Virus record (IMG/VR): IMGVR_UViG_3300021958_000051
Coordinates: 1-64,000 of that record
Source: an uncultured virus (IMG/VR IMGVR_UViG_3300021958_000051)
Taxonomy: Duplodnaviria > Heunggongvirae > Uroviricota > Caudoviricetes
Length of the DNA: 64,000 nucleotides
Reading direction: 5' to 3' (one strand)
Of this stretch, positions 26,316 through 38,100 are shown in pieces. The stretch's first letter is position 1, and each line of letters starts with the position of its first letter. The notes below the pieces were generated by a model. That model worked only from the letters and a program-made list of their open reading frames with translations. It was not told the origin of the DNA and ran no database searches. A program made the position numbers and the translations under genes.

Positions 26316-27451
26316 AATTATCTATAAGTAAATTAAGGCAATTAATTCGAGAAAGTTTGGAAAAAAGAATCGCTTTTGCTAACGATATGATTAAATTAGG
26401 ATTAACTCCGGAAGAAGCAGAAAAAAAAGGTGTTTTTAACATAAATCAGTTCGGAATGCCAGGGAAAAAAGAATTATCACCTTCAGGAAAATCTTTATTT
26501 GATGATAAAAAAGCAATATATGCAACTAAAGATGTTGAAAAAGAAACAACTTATATGGGAAAACCTTATAAATACATTGAATCTGAAGAAGCGTTATTTA
26601 TGGGTGCGATGGAAGCAATTAGAGCTGCGACTAAAAGAGGTAAAATGATGAAGCAGCTTTTTAGAAAATATGTTGATCCCAACTTTATGAATCAATTAAT
26701 TTTAATTCATTATGCTTCACCTGACCAGGTTTTAAAAAATATTAAGGCACAAAAAGGTAATTATGAATTAAGTTCTGTTGCATTAGCCCCTGAAGATTTT
26801 ACCAAAAATAAAATCCAAGTGTTAAAAACAGCAATGATTTTAGATGGACATATAACTTATTTTGCAAACAATCAAGATGACGTATATTCTGGAAAAGGTT
26901 CTGACTATGTTCAGGCATTTTCTTCTCAAAAGGGATATGAACCATGGATCGAAGGTAATCCTGATCTGCTAGACTGGGAAGATGAAGTGATAGAACGTGG
27001 AAGAGCTGAAAGGCCCTACGCAGGAACAGATAGAACTAAATCATCGGGTGTTAATAAAACAGTTGTTAATATTAGAGGTGTAGAGAGATTTAAATCTCCT
27101 GCAATGTCCAGGTCAAATTATTTGCAAGATCCGGGTTTCGAACATTTTAAACAAGCTCCTGATGCACCTCGAGGTGTACCTCAAACTTCACGTGGCGAAC
27201 CACCTGTTGTTTTAGACAAAGAAGACTATTTGCCTAGATTTGATCAAGCAGCCGGCTCAGATTCAGCAATACCTGGAAATGAAGCGTTAGTTGATAATTG
27301 GTCTGTGAAAGCAATTATTTTAAATCATGGTAAAGAAAACGAAAAATATGAAAAAATGTTTCGTGATGCAGGATATCAAGGACAGATAATGACATTTGAC
27401 GAAGCAGTTGCACAAAAATCATTATTAATAAATAAAGGACATAAAAGATGA
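26312..27451 (+). CDS. hypothetical protein with shared leader
   Basis: GTGA overlap; MKLSISKLRQLIRESLE. Confidence 0.75.
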   Translation: MKLSISKLRQLIRESLEKRIAFANDMIKLGLTPEEAEKKGVFNINQFGMPGKKELSPSGKSLFDDKKAIYATKDVEKETTYMGKPYKYIESEEALFMGAMEAIRAATKRGKMMKQLFRKYVDPNFMNQLILIHYASPDQVLKNIKAQKGNYELSSVALAPEDFTKNKIQVLKTAMILDGHITYFANNQDDVYSGKGSDYVQAFSSQKGYEPWIEGNPDLLDWEDEVIERGRAERPYAGTDRTKSSGVNKTVVNIRGVERFKSPAMSRSNYLQDPGFEHFKQAPDAPRGVPQTSRGEPPVVLDKEDYLPRFDQAAGSDSAIPGNEALVDNWSVKAIILNHGKENEKYEKMFRDAGYQGQIMTFDEAVAQKSLLINKGHKR

Positions 27452-28122
27452 AAATAACAAGAAGTGCATTAAGAAAAATAATTTTAGAAGTTGTTGTTGC
27501 AAGTAATGATACTAAAGAAAAAGTAGAAGATTTAGAAAAAAGTATTAAACAGGACAACCCAGAAGCGTCTGACGAAGATATTGATGATGCAATTAATAAA
27601 TTAACAAAAAAACAAATGCAGGAAGAGCTTAAGCGTTTGTCTTATGTAAGCAAAGAACAAGGCCATACATACGGACTAGAACATCTACCTGATCAATATG
27701 ACCAAAAGAAAGCAGATGATATCATAGGACACACCTGACTGACTCATGTTCGGAAGAAGGGTTCTTCTTTAAATGAAGTTGGTTATGTTCTTTGGCACTC
27801 TTTAAATGAAAGCGGTCACGTTGCTGTTTACGATGTTGAATGGCCTGATGGGACGATTGAAAGAAATATACCTGCACGTCTTTTAGAAAAAGTAAAAGAC
27901 AGCAATGATAATGTTGACGAACATGATGAACATGGTGTCGTTGGTCATGAAGAAGAATCGTTATTAGGTGAAAGAAAATACAAGAAAAGAAAAGGTAAAA
28001 AGAAAAAGAAAGCATCAAAGAAAAAGCCTAAGTATTGGTATTTAGGTGGTTATGGGATAGACCATGATCATGATTTTGCCGATTTTGGCGGCGACTTTGG
28101 TGGTGATGGAGGCGGAGAATGA
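27448..28122 (+). CDS. putative selenoprotein / UGA-readthrough protein (224 aa, UGA at codon 97)
   Basis: The frame stays open for 127 codons past TGA 27736-27738 (GHT-U-LTHVRKKG...LWHSLNESGHVAVYDVEWPDGTIERNIPARLLE...). It has no internal ATG/GTG/TTG and ends TGA 28120-28122 in an ATGA overlap with the next gene. A SECIS-like hairpin follows the UGA. Confidence 0.75.
27741..27779 (+). promoter_or_regulatory. bacterial SECIS-like stem-loop
   Basis: GGAAGAA (27752-27758)-GGG-TTCTTCT (27762-27768); lower stem TCAT/ATGA; G-rich apical loop 20 nt after the UGA. Confidence 0.6.
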
Positions 28123-28781
28123 AAATAAAAAGAAAAGATCTCAACATGTTAATTGAAAGATTCCTAAATGAAGAAGGAACAGATCCTAAAGGTGAAACAG
28201 TTGATGATGTATTGTCTGATGAGTTGGAGCAAACAGAAGTTGGTGATACTTTTATGGCTAATCAAATGAGACAACATGGCGGTAGGCAGCCAATGAGTCC
28301 TGAGAAAAGAGCACAAGCAATCACAGATTTTAGGAAAGGCAGTGATCGAGGACAATTTCCTCCTTTAACATTTGGGCCAGGCGTTGACGAAGAAGGAAAT
28401 TTGGAAGGTGATAAATTTACAACTGTTCATGATTACCATGATCCGGATCCTTATGATCAAGCTGCTGTTAGAAGATATAAAAAACAACATTATTTAGGAC
28501 CGAATGAAAAGTCTGTTGATGACCCTGAAATTACAATGCAAGGTCTAGGCGACTTTGATTTTGATGATGAAGATACTGAAGAAGATTTAAGATATCAGGA
28601 ACAAGAATTTTTTCAAGACGATGAAGATACAGAAGATTCGTATGAAGTTGAAGGCCCTAGTGTAATTACTTATGAAGACGAAGAAGGCGGAGAAAGAACG
28701 TTTATAGACGATGAAGAAGTAACGCCTGGTTATAATAAAGGAATAATTAGCAGGTTGCGAGATTATTTTTCAAAAAAATAG
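28119..28781 (+). CDS. highly acidic hypothetical protein with shared leader
   Basis: MKIKRKDLNMLIERFLNEE; D/E-rich; GGAG RBS lies in the tail of the readthrough ORF. Confidence 0.75.
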   Translation: MKIKRKDLNMLIERFLNEEGTDPKGETVDDVLSDELEQTEVGDTFMANQMRQHGGRQPMSPEKRAQAITDFRKGSDRGQFPPLTFGPGVDEEGNLEGDKFTTVHDYHDPDPYDQAAVRRYKKQHYLGPNEKSVDDPEITMQGLGDFDFDDEDTEEDLRYQEQEFFQDDEDTEDSYEVEGPSVITYEDEEGGERTFIDDEEVTPGYNKGIISRLRDYFSKK

Positions 28782-28879
28782 AAATAAATCTGTTTTTCGT
28801 TAATATATGTTAATGAGCTAAGTTGGTTGTGAAGTCTTGTTGTATGTGTCATATATAGTATTATATCAACGAGGTTTAA

Positions 28880-30037
28880 ATGGCTACATTTTCACAAATA
28901 TCAAATCCAACTCCTTTTGGAGTCTACGATAACGAATCAGACTTTCAAGGTGATGCTGATAACATGTATACCTTTGTCAAAAGAAGGTTAGGTGATGACA
29001 TATTATCAGTAGAATTAACAAAAAAACAAATATTTGCAAATTTTGAAGAAGCTGTATTAGAATACAGTTCTATATTGAATCAGTATCAGGCCAAATCTCA
29101 ACTGGTTAATTATTTAGGTTTTCCCACAGGGAGTGCATTAAGTGGAAGTGAAAATAAATTTCCACGAGAAAACTTAGAATATTTAACACGGTTCGCCGAA
29201 CCTTACGCAATGGAGGCTGGTATCGGAGGATCTTACAATTTTTCGAGTGGATCCATCACCCTCGAGAGCGGCCGACAGGACTATGATCTTTACACAGAAC
29301 TAAAAGATGCCTCAGGTACTGCTTTGTTTGACAACACAAAAGGAAAACTTAGGGTTGTTGAAGTATTTCATTATAATCCTCAAGCTGCATATAGATTTTT
29401 TGACACTACATCAGCAATAAACTATCTAAACAATGAATTCAGTTTTGAATCATTTACTCCTGAAACTATATTTTATGTACTCCCTGTCTTTGAAGATATT
29501 TTACGTGCAGGTCAGCTAGACCTTTCAAATAGAGTAAGAAGATCAAATTATAGTTATAAGGTGTCAGGAACTAAAATTAGAATATTTCCAATTCCCACAA
29601 CAGATACAAAACAATTATGGGTAAATGTTAGACAATATCCAGATCCTAATTCCCCTGCATATTCAGACCCATCAATTTATGGTGTGTCAAATATGAGCAA
29701 TATTCCGTTTGGCAATATTCCTTATTCTAATATTAATTCAATAGGACGTCAATGGATTAGACAATATACATTAGCAATATCAATGGAACTATTAGGATAT
29801 ATTAGAGGTAAATTTGGAAGCATCCCGGTTCCTGGTGATTCTGTTACGTTAAATAGCAGTGATATGATATCTAACGGTAGGTCAGATAAGGAAAAATTAG
29901 TAACGACTTTAAAAGAAATGTTAGATACAATGACTTATGATAAGTTAGCTGAGTTGCAAGCAACTAGAGCAGAAAACGTTCAAAAACAGTTGAGATATGT
30001 TCCTGTTCCAAATGGTTATGCAATCACAATTAAATAA
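28880..30037 (+). CDS. neck protein (T4 gp13-like)
   Basis: KRRLGDDILSVELT, WIRQYTLA..ELLGYIRGKF..IPVPG..VTLN resemble gp13; synteny with the sheath genes. Confidence 0.8.
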   Translation: MATFSQISNPTPFGVYDNESDFQGDADNMYTFVKRRLGDDILSVELTKKQIFANFEEAVLEYSSILNQYQAKSQLVNYLGFPTGSALSGSENKFPRENLEYLTRFAEPYAMEAGIGGSYNFSSGSITLESGRQDYDLYTELKDASGTALFDNTKGKLRVVEVFHYNPQAAYRFFDTTSAINYLNNEFSFESFTPETIFYVLPVFEDILRAGQLDLSNRVRRSNYSYKVSGTKIRIFPIPTTDTKQLWVNVRQYPDPNSPAYSDPSIYGVSNMSNIPFGNIPYSNINSIGRQWIRQYTLAISMELLGYIRGKFGSIPVPGDSVTLNSSDMISNGRSDKEKLVTTLKEMLDTMTYDKLAELQATRAENVQKQLRYVPVPNGYAITIK

Positions 30038-30048
30038 AGGAAATAAAA

Positions 30049-30717
30049 ATGGGAAGACTTTTTATTACACAAAGAGAAATAAATTTTATCAATGATGTTG
30101 CGAAAGAAGTCGTTAAAGATGTTATTGGCCAAAAAATATATTATTTCCCAATTAGTGAAATCAAATCAAATGTTCATGACATTTATGAAGAATCACCAGA
30201 AAAAATATTTGACAGCCCAATAGAAATAGAATGCCTAGTAAAATACACAGCTCCTGAAATTAGAGCAAATCAATTCGGTTTTGAAAAATACTTCACGGTA
30301 GAAGCATATATTCAGTCCAAAGATTTATTAGATAAAAATATTGAAATATTAGAAGGAGACTTTTTCTCATATGGGTCAGTATTTTTCGAAGTAATTCAAG
30401 CACCGGCATCTGAAGTTATTATGGGGCAAATAGAACACGGTAGATTTATTACAATAACAGGAAAACAGTCAAGAAAAGGACAATTCTTATCAAAGGTATT
30501 TGGACCTACATCAGATACTTACTCAGATGATGATGCTATTCAAGATACATTTGTCCAACAAAGAGGATTTGAAAATAATAGATTAGGTGAAACAGCAGAT
30601 GTTAGAGATTTACAAAAGAATGGTGTTTTAGAAGCTCCAATATCAGGACCAAAAGAAGTTTCTGAGAAAGGTGATGATACTTCAAGAGGCGCTTCTTCTT
30701 TTTATGGAGATGAATAA
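30049..30717 (+). CDS. neck/head-closure protein (gp14-like)
   Basis: Follows gp13; 'GQKIYYFPI...DIYEES..KIF' and 'EGDFF' pattern. Confidence 0.65.
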   Translation: MGRLFITQREINFINDVAKEVVKDVIGQKIYYFPISEIKSNVHDIYEESPEKIFDSPIEIECLVKYTAPEIRANQFGFEKYFTVEAYIQSKDLLDKNIEILEGDFFSYGSVFFEVIQAPASEVIMGQIEHGRFITITGKQSRKGQFLSKVFGPTSDTYSDDDAIQDTFVQQRGFENNRLGETADVRDLQKNGVLEAPISGPKEVSEKGDDTSRGASSFYGDE

Positions 30718-31907
30718 TGACAAAAAAAGGTGAACAAACGTTTACTAACTTTGATGGAACTAACACACCTGACGGTTTTGATTTTCCATCAATTGAAATC
30801 GAAGATATTGATCGCGCTGTTTTTAATTTATTCGACAAGCAACTTAGATTTGAAGTAGAACAAAGTGGAAAATCAAAAAAGATACCTGTTATTTTTTCAT
30901 CTGGTGAAAGATTTGCATTAACAAGAAGAAAAGATCCGATTAGAGATAGAAATGATGCAATTATTCTTCCTATTATTGCTGTTGAAAGAGGTACGATTGA
31001 TACTTCACATAATCAGCACGGAAAAGGAACAGCAATTGCATTCGGTGATCAGCCAGGTTATTATATTAAAAGAAAATTGGCAAAAAGCGATAGAAATTAT
31101 CAAAATATTATTAATAAAGCAGGATTAAAAAATCAAGATAATGTGTCTGCAAAGAAAAATTTTGGAGGCAGTTTAATTTATCCTGGATTTACAGCAAAAC
31201 CTGGTACAGTGGCGTCTAGAAGAAATAAAGCAAATGGTTATATACAAAAGAATATAAATTTAGAAGATAATCTTGGTGATAACATATTTGAAATTATTGA
31301 AATACCTTATCCTAAATTTGTAGCAATTCAATATGACGTTACTTTTTGGTGTCAATATATGACTCAAATGAATCAAGTTATTCAAAATATTTTTATTAAC
31401 TATCGCGGGCAAGGACATGAGATACCTATTAAAACTGATGATGGTTTTGAAATGGTTGCTTTCTTTTCCGATAATATTGTTTTAGACTCTAATTTTAGTT
31501 CTTTTACAGGTGAAGAAAGAATAATCAAGTATAAAACTCAAATAACAGTTAATGGTTATATGCTAAATCCTAAATCTATAAAAGGAGTACCAAATAATCT
31601 TAGGTCTTATTTTTCAGCTCCTAAGATAGATTTTGGTTATAAAGAGTTTTCAAAAGAAAGCAATATTGTTAATGTTCAAAATAGAGAAGATAAAAATAAA
31701 TTTATTTTAAGCGACATCAAAAATATTAATGAGTTAAAAGGGCCAGTTAAAGGAGAATCATCGGAATCTGTTGAATATTTTGTTGAAAATCCTTTTACTG
31801 GAGACAAGGAAAGAAAATTATCAAAAGTTATATCTAACAATAGGAGAACAGGTGAGTCTGTTATTTCCCCTTTAGTAATAAAGGAAATAGATAGACAATA
31901 TGAATAG
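30717..31907 (+). CDS. tail terminator/sheath stabiliser (gp15-like)
   Basis: KIPVIFSSGERF, IILPII, PKFVAIQYDVTFW...QMNQVIQ; position before the sheath genes. Confidence 0.7.
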   Translation: MTKKGEQTFTNFDGTNTPDGFDFPSIEIEDIDRAVFNLFDKQLRFEVEQSGKSKKIPVIFSSGERFALTRRKDPIRDRNDAIILPIIAVERGTIDTSHNQHGKGTAIAFGDQPGYYIKRKLAKSDRNYQNIINKAGLKNQDNVSAKKNFGGSLIYPGFTAKPGTVASRRNKANGYIQKNINLEDNLGDNIFEIIEIPYPKFVAIQYDVTFWCQYMTQMNQVIQNIFINYRGQGHEIPIKTDDGFEMVAFFSDNIVLDSNFSSFTGEERIIKYKTQITVNGYMLNPKSIKGVPNNLRSYFSAPKIDFGYKEFSKESNIVNVQNREDKNKFILSDIKNINELKGPVKGESSESVEYFVENPFTGDKERKLSKVISNNRRTGESVISPLVIKEIDRQYE

Positions 31908-31959
31908 TCTTTTCGTTTTTTAGTTGATAGTTATAATATGAATTTTAGGAGTTTTTAAT

Positions 31960-34900
31960 ATGGCAGAGAGAACCTTTAGATCCCCCGGAGTATTTGAAAG
32001 AGAAATAGACTTAACTGAGAGAACAACTAGTGTTTCTGGGACTCCAGCTGGTGTTGTAGGAACCGCTGAGAAAGGACCAGCATTTGTTCCAAAAACAGTT
32101 GGGTCTATAAATGAGTTTAAAAATAAGTTCGGAAAATTATCAGCAGAAAGATTTGGTCCTTATGCTGCAGAAGCATTCTTAAAAAACCAAAGTGCACTGA
32201 CTTATGTTAGAGTATTAGGTGCAGGTGCAAATTTAACAATTACAGATATACAAAATACAGCGGCAAAAGGAACAGTAAAAAATGCAGGTTTTCGATTAAG
32301 CGGGTCATTACCTACAGTTGCTCCAAGCGGAGAAGTAAGAGATGTTGGTGCTGTACAATTTCTTGCTGGTATTCATCAAGTTGATTCAGCTGAAGCAGCT
32401 GGTTATCCTATCTTTACTGATAATCAATCAAAAAGTCAAACTGACGTTCAATTAATTCGTTCGATGTTTTTATTAGCATCCGGTGCTAGATTAGAAGTAA
32501 TGGATGAAAATGAGTTTTATCCTGCGGGAGGAAAAACTGCAAATGATTCCGCACATATTAGATCTTATGACGGGACCCCTGAAGAAGGTATGTTCAAATT
32601 AGTTCTTTCATCTGCATTAGGGACTACATTTGGTAACGATGAAGGTAAAGCTGGTATTCGAATTTATACTGCTTCTTTAGATCCTAACAGTGTACATTAT
32701 GTTGGTAAAATATTTAACAAGAATCCAGACCGTTTTCAAGACGAACAACATCTTCTTTATGCAGATTTCCCAATGGAATCTGAAATTGCTAAAATTAAAA
32801 AAGACAGCACAAATGATGTTGTTGCTGTGGTATCCGGATCTCAAAATACATCATCAACTTCTGGAGATACGTCATTATACTTTAGAGAAATATTTGGTTC
32901 CTTTAATACAAGATATCAAACTGCTAAGTCGACATATTTTATATCTCAACCTTATGGTGATAAAGAATATGATTTATTTTATTTCGAAGCTTTAGACGAT
33001 GGCGAAGCAGGAAATCAAAGAGTTAAAATATCGATATCAAATATAAAAAGATCAACAGACTCAAATGATCCATACGGAAGCTTTACAGTTGAAGTAAGAG
33101 ATTATTATGATTCAGATTTAGATCCTGTTGTATTAGAAAGATATCCTCAATGTACCTTAAATCCTGGTGATGAAAACTATATTGCTAACAAAATTGGTGA
33201 TCTTAAAGAATACTACAATTTTGATGCTGAGTCTGAGTCTGAGCAAAGAATTAATGTATCAGGAAAAAGACGCAATCAATCAAATTATGTAAGAATTATC
33301 ATGTCAGCTGATGTTGAAGATGCAAAAATTCCTCAAGATGCAATACCTTTCGGATTCAGAGGATTGCCTGCATTAAAAACGTCTGATACATTAACTGATT
33401 CTACAACAACTTTAGCTTTAGGCGCAGATCAAAAAAGATTAAGTTTTGCAGCTGGAACAATGAGTAATAACTTTTTAGAATATGCAATTGTACCTCCAGT
33501 TCCATTTACATTTAAAGCAACAAGAAATAAAGCTAATTCTACATCTACATTTACAGGTTTCCCTGGCGACTTGGAATTAGCTGATTCCAGAATTTATTGG
33601 GGTATTAAAAATTCGCGAGTTCCTGTATTAAGCAAAACGACAGATCCTTTATTAAGATCAAATGCGGCATCAGATTTAAGAAACGAACTGATCGATTCCT
33701 ATAGTAAAATGTTAGGGATTGCAAAACTAGATGCTTTAGTCACTGGTTCGGCAGCAGATGAATTTCACAATAATAAGTTTACATTAGCAAAAGTTGCTTT
33801 AAATAATCAAAGCGATGCAACCGATACTCTTGAAACTGCTATTTCAACTGAAATTACAGGAACTATAGACTCACACATCAGAGAGGCTGCTTACATCAGA
33901 AATGCGTCTATTGTATCTCCTAATTATACCATTAATGATAAAGGAACATACACACGTCGTTTAACTCTCGCATCTCTAGCAGCTAGTAATTCAGCTACTA
34001 AGTTTAATCAATTCACTAATTACCTTAAGTTTACAAATATTCTTTTTGGTGGTTTTGATGGTGTGAATATTCTTGATAAAGACCAACGTTATATCAATGA
34101 TAAAGCAAGTTCACAAGATGCAGGAGGAAAAGCAGCTGGAGACGCATTAGGTTATCAAAATTTAAAGTCTGTTTCTTCACCTGGTGCTGGTACTGAGAAT
34201 AACGCAGTTAACTCGTATCGTGCAGGTATTAAAATAATAACTGATGAATTAGAATCAAGAGTTAATATTGTATCTGTTCCAGGTATTAGAGACTCAAACG
34301 TAACAGATTATGCAATTGACAAAGTTAAAGAGTATAGCAAAGCAATTTATTTAATGGATATTGCAAACTATGATTCTAGTACTAGTCGTCTTTATGATGA
34401 TTCTACAAATAGACCTAGCGTTAGAAAGACGATTGAGCAATTTGAAGGAAGAAATATTGATAACAACTATGTTGCAACATATTTTCCTGATATTATTAAA
34501 CTATATGCACAAGAAGATGGAGGTACAGTTAATTTACCTGCTTCTATTGCGGCGTTAGGTGCTTTAGGATATAATGATGCAGTTTCATTTCCTTGGTTTG
34601 CACCAGCTGGTTTTAATCGAGGTGGTTTAGAAAACGTTATTAATACAAAAGTAAGATTAAATACTGAGGATCGTAATTTACTTTATGAATCTAGAATTAA
34701 TCCAATTGCTAATTTCAATATTAATGACTTTGTAATTTTTGGACAAAAAACACTACAAAAAAGCAGATCAGCATTAGATCGAGTTAATGTAAGAAGAATG
34801 TTATTGGAAGTCAAGAGAATTGTTTCAAATGCAGCAAACAATATTATTTTCGAACAAAATGTAAAAGCTACTAGAGATGGCTTTGTATCGGTGGTGACAC

Positions 34901-35091
34901 CACAACTTGCATTAATTCAGTCCCAGCAAGGAATTGAACAATTTAGAGTTATAATGAATGATACAAATAATACTCAGGCTGATATTGAGCAAAATAAACT
35001 AAACGGAAGAATTGTTTTGGTTCCAACAAGAGCGGTTGAGTTCATTGCACTAGACTTTATTATAACAAATTCAGGTGTAAGTTTTGAATAG
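31960..35091 (+). CDS. gp18: tail sheath protein 1 (gp18-like)
   Basis: FRSPGVFEREID, GTAEKGPAFVP, WFAPAGFNRG, RINPI, GQKTLQ and DRVNVRRML. Confidence 0.93.
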   Translation: MAERTFRSPGVFEREIDLTERTTSVSGTPAGVVGTAEKGPAFVPKTVGSINEFKNKFGKLSAERFGPYAAEAFLKNQSALTYVRVLGAGANLTITDIQNTAAKGTVKNAGFRLSGSLPTVAPSGEVRDVGAVQFLAGIHQVDSAEAAGYPIFTDNQSKSQTDVQLIRSMFLLASGARLEVMDENEFYPAGGKTANDSAHIRSYDGTPEEGMFKLVLSSALGTTFGNDEGKAGIRIYTASLDPNSVHYVGKIFNKNPDRFQDEQHLLYADFPMESEIAKIKKDSTNDVVAVVSGSQNTSSTSGDTSLYFREIFGSFNTRYQTAKSTYFISQPYGDKEYDLFYFEALDDGEAGNQRVKISISNIKRSTDSNDPYGSFTVEVRDYYDSDLDPVVLERYPQCTLNPGDENYIANKIGDLKEYYNFDAESESEQRINVSGKRRNQSNYVRIIMSADVEDAKIPQDAIPFGFRGLPALKTSDTLTDSTTTLALGADQKRLSFAAGTMSNNFLEYAIVPPVPFTFKATRNKANSTSTFTGFPGDLELADSRIYWGIKNSRVPVLSKTTDPLLRSNAASDLRNELIDSYSKMLGIAKLDALVTGSAADEFHNNKFTLAKVALNNQSDATDTLETAISTEITGTIDSHIREAAYIRNASIVSPNYTINDKGTYTRRLTLASLAASNSATKFNQFTNYLKFTNILFGGFDGVNILDKDQRYINDKASSQDAGGKAAGDALGYQNLKSVSSPGAGTENNAVNSYRAGIKIITDELESRVNIVSVPGIRDSNVTDYAIDKVKEYSKAIYLMDIANYDSSTSRLYDDSTNRPSVRKTIEQFEGRNIDNNYVATYFPDIIKLYAQEDGGTVNLPASIAALGALGYNDAVSFPWFAPAGFNRGGLENVINTKVRLNTEDRNLLYESRINPIANFNINDFVIFGQKTLQKSRSALDRVNVRRMLLEVKRIVSNAANNIIFEQNVKATRDGFVSVVTPQLALIQSQQGIEQFRVIMNDTNNTQADIEQNKLNGRIVLVPTRAVEFIALDFIITNSGVSFE

Positions 35092-35125
35092 ATATAATTA
35101 TGAATATGAATCATGGAGACAATAA

Positions 35126-38100
35126 ATGGCAGAGTTAACATTTAAATCAGCTGGCGTTAGCACAAGAGAAATAGATTTATCCCAACCTTCTGTTTCCTCA
35201 CCTTCTGGAGTACCTGCAGGGGTAATTGGAACAGCTAATCAAGGACCTGCTTTTGTACCCATAACTGTTGGAAACTTTAATGATTTTACAACTCTTTTTG
35301 GTGCAACTGACGGTGCTAAATTTGGCCCTTTAGCAGTTAATGAATGGCTTAAAAATGCAGGTTCTGCCACTTTCGTTAGAGTTTTAGGCGCAGGAAATGG
35401 TCAACAAAGAAATACCACAACAGGTATCGTAACAAATGCAGGTTATTTTGTAGGTGATAGAAATCTTCAATTAAACGGTACAATTGGAAACAACCCTTAT
35501 GCAAATTCAGGTGCAGGAGCAGTAAAAGGAAGAACTTACTTCTTAGGCTGCTTTATGTCAGAATCAAATGGTTCAACAATATTTTCAGATGCTGGAATAC
35601 AAGTTAATAATGCGTTTGCATCTACAACATTAACAATTGGAAATGATACAACTTCGACTAATCTTCTTGCTGAAAATGATACATTAACATTAATAGATGC
35701 AACAGGAACATCAAAAACTTTTGAGTTTCTTGACAATGGAAGCTCTGCAACTGGCGATAATATTGCAGTCGAATCAGCTGCTGCAGTTACAGCTGATACT
35801 GGTGTAACGCTGGCTACAACTTTAAGTACAGTAATTTCATCAAACTTATCAATATCAGTTGATCGTACAGATAATGTATTAACGCTTACACAAAATATCT
35901 TTGGTCCAATTGGCAATACCTCATATTCAGATAGTGTTGCAGGCGAAGATAATCTAACAGGGTCTAATTTTTCTGGTGGCGCTGGAGGCGCTGCTCCTAT
36001 TCTTCGTGGTGTTCTTCTTGCACCAAGTGGAGTTATTCTTCATCTTAGCGGAAACTCAGCAGCAAATGGTTCTGATGCACCAGGTACTTCAGATACAGCA
36101 GCATCTGCGGCTGGCGTCATCATGGGAAGAGAAGGTTCTTTAACCGGGTCTATTGATTTAAGATCTGGAAAAGAAGAATTTGTCATGCTTTTAAATGGTC
36201 ATAAAAATACGTCAGCATATCCTAATGTTTTGACTGCATCTTTTGACCCTATTGCACCTAACTACCTAACACGTGTTTTAAATACTGATCCTTTAAAACT
36301 TGAAAAAGCAGGGCATTTACTTTATAATCACTATCCACTTCATGGTAATGTTGCAACGATTACAGGATCAGGAGTCGTTTCTGCAGGGCATTTTTCAAAA
36401 GGTTCAGCACTTGGTAATCATGAAGATATCGCATTTTTGTTGTCATCTTCTTTAGGGAGAGCTGCAGCAACAGATGGAAGCATACCTGATTATGAAGATT
36501 TTCAAGATAGATTCTCTCATGCTGAAACTCCATATGTAATATCACAGAAATTTGGTAATCGTCCTTATAATCTATTTAAAATTGTTGCTTTAAGTGCAGG
36601 TGCAGGATTTGCTGATGATTTTAAATTTTCAATTACAAATATTGTTAGATCAACTTCAAATGTTAATAAATTTGGTAAATTTGATCTCTTGGTCAGAAAA
36701 GGCGGAGATAATGATGACGAACAAGTAGTTTTAGAATCATTTAGAGGATTAGATCTAGATCCGGATTCAGTTAATTATATCGGTAGAAGAATTGGTGATC
36801 AATACGCAAAATTTGATTTTGATACTTCTTTAGATTCTCAAAAAATCGTTGTTGAAGGAACACATCCAGTTCTTTCTAGATACATAAGAGTGCAAATTCA
36901 CCCAGATGTTGCTAATAGAAATATTCCTGATGAATCTTTACCTGTTGGTTATCGAGGACCAAAACACTTAGTAACGTCAGGTTCTTTATTATCTGGTGAA
37001 TCTGATGGTCTTTATTCTTCAACTGATCTATTACAAAGAATTATTGAGCCTCCTGTACCTTATCGAGAAAATATAACTTTAGGTACCGGAATCAACAAAA
37101 AGGTTAATTCAAATCTTTTCTGGGGTGCTCAATCAACATTAAAAATTAATGCAACACAACCTAACTTAATTACAACTAATGACGCATTAGCTTCTTTAAC
37201 TCCTGTCACACAAAATTATCAGGTACATTTTCCAACGCATCGAAAAGATACAACTGCAGTTTTTGTAGGTGATAATGAAGGCGCTGCTAATGTTAACGGT
37301 TCTGTTTTAGACGCAGATTTGTTTAACTATAATAAGTTTAGTTTGGAAAATATTCAAGTTAGAACCGGTTCCAATTCAGATGCAACGCAAACAGCAGCGG
37401 ATTCTGAATATTGGGTTAGTGCTTCTTATGTAAGAGATGGTGTGATCGCTGTCAATGCTACTAATAAAACTCGTGCATTCAAGGTAGAAGATTTAGACGT
37501 AGTAGCAAATAGAAAGTTTGCTAAGTTTACATTCTTTGCACAAGGTGGTTTTGATGGAGTTAATATATTCAATCAAGAAAAAGCTAACTTATCAAATAAC
37601 GCTGCCAAATATGAAATTGATGATTCGACAAATCAAGGTGGAACTTCAGGACCTACAATTGCAGCATATAGAAAAGCAGTTGATATTATGGGTTCAACTT
37701 CAGATACAAATATTCAATTATTAGCAATACCAGGAATTAGAAACTCTGTTATTACAGATTATGCAATTTCAGCAGTTGAAAATAGATTTGATTGTTTATA
37801 CTTAATGGACATTGAAGAAAGAGATCAGGTTAACTCTGTGATTACATCTTCAGTTCAAACACCTCACGTTAAAAATACAATTAACAGCTTTAAAGATAGA
37901 AACCTTAATACATCTTTTGCAGCTGCATATTTCCCTGACGTTACCATAACAGATCCTGGTACAAATACATTTGTAAGTGTTCCTCCGTCAGTCGCAGTAT
38001 TAGGAGGTTATTCATTCAATGACAAAGTATCAGCGCCATGGAACGCCCCCGCTGGAAAAAGTAGAGGCGCTTTAAATGCTGTGGAAACAACATCGGTTAA

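Noticed and set aside
27722..28018. Minus-strand 98-aa ORF as the real gene in this gap
   Set aside because: F/H/L-rich antisense shadow with no RBS. The + frame has normal composition and couples to the next gene by ATGA.
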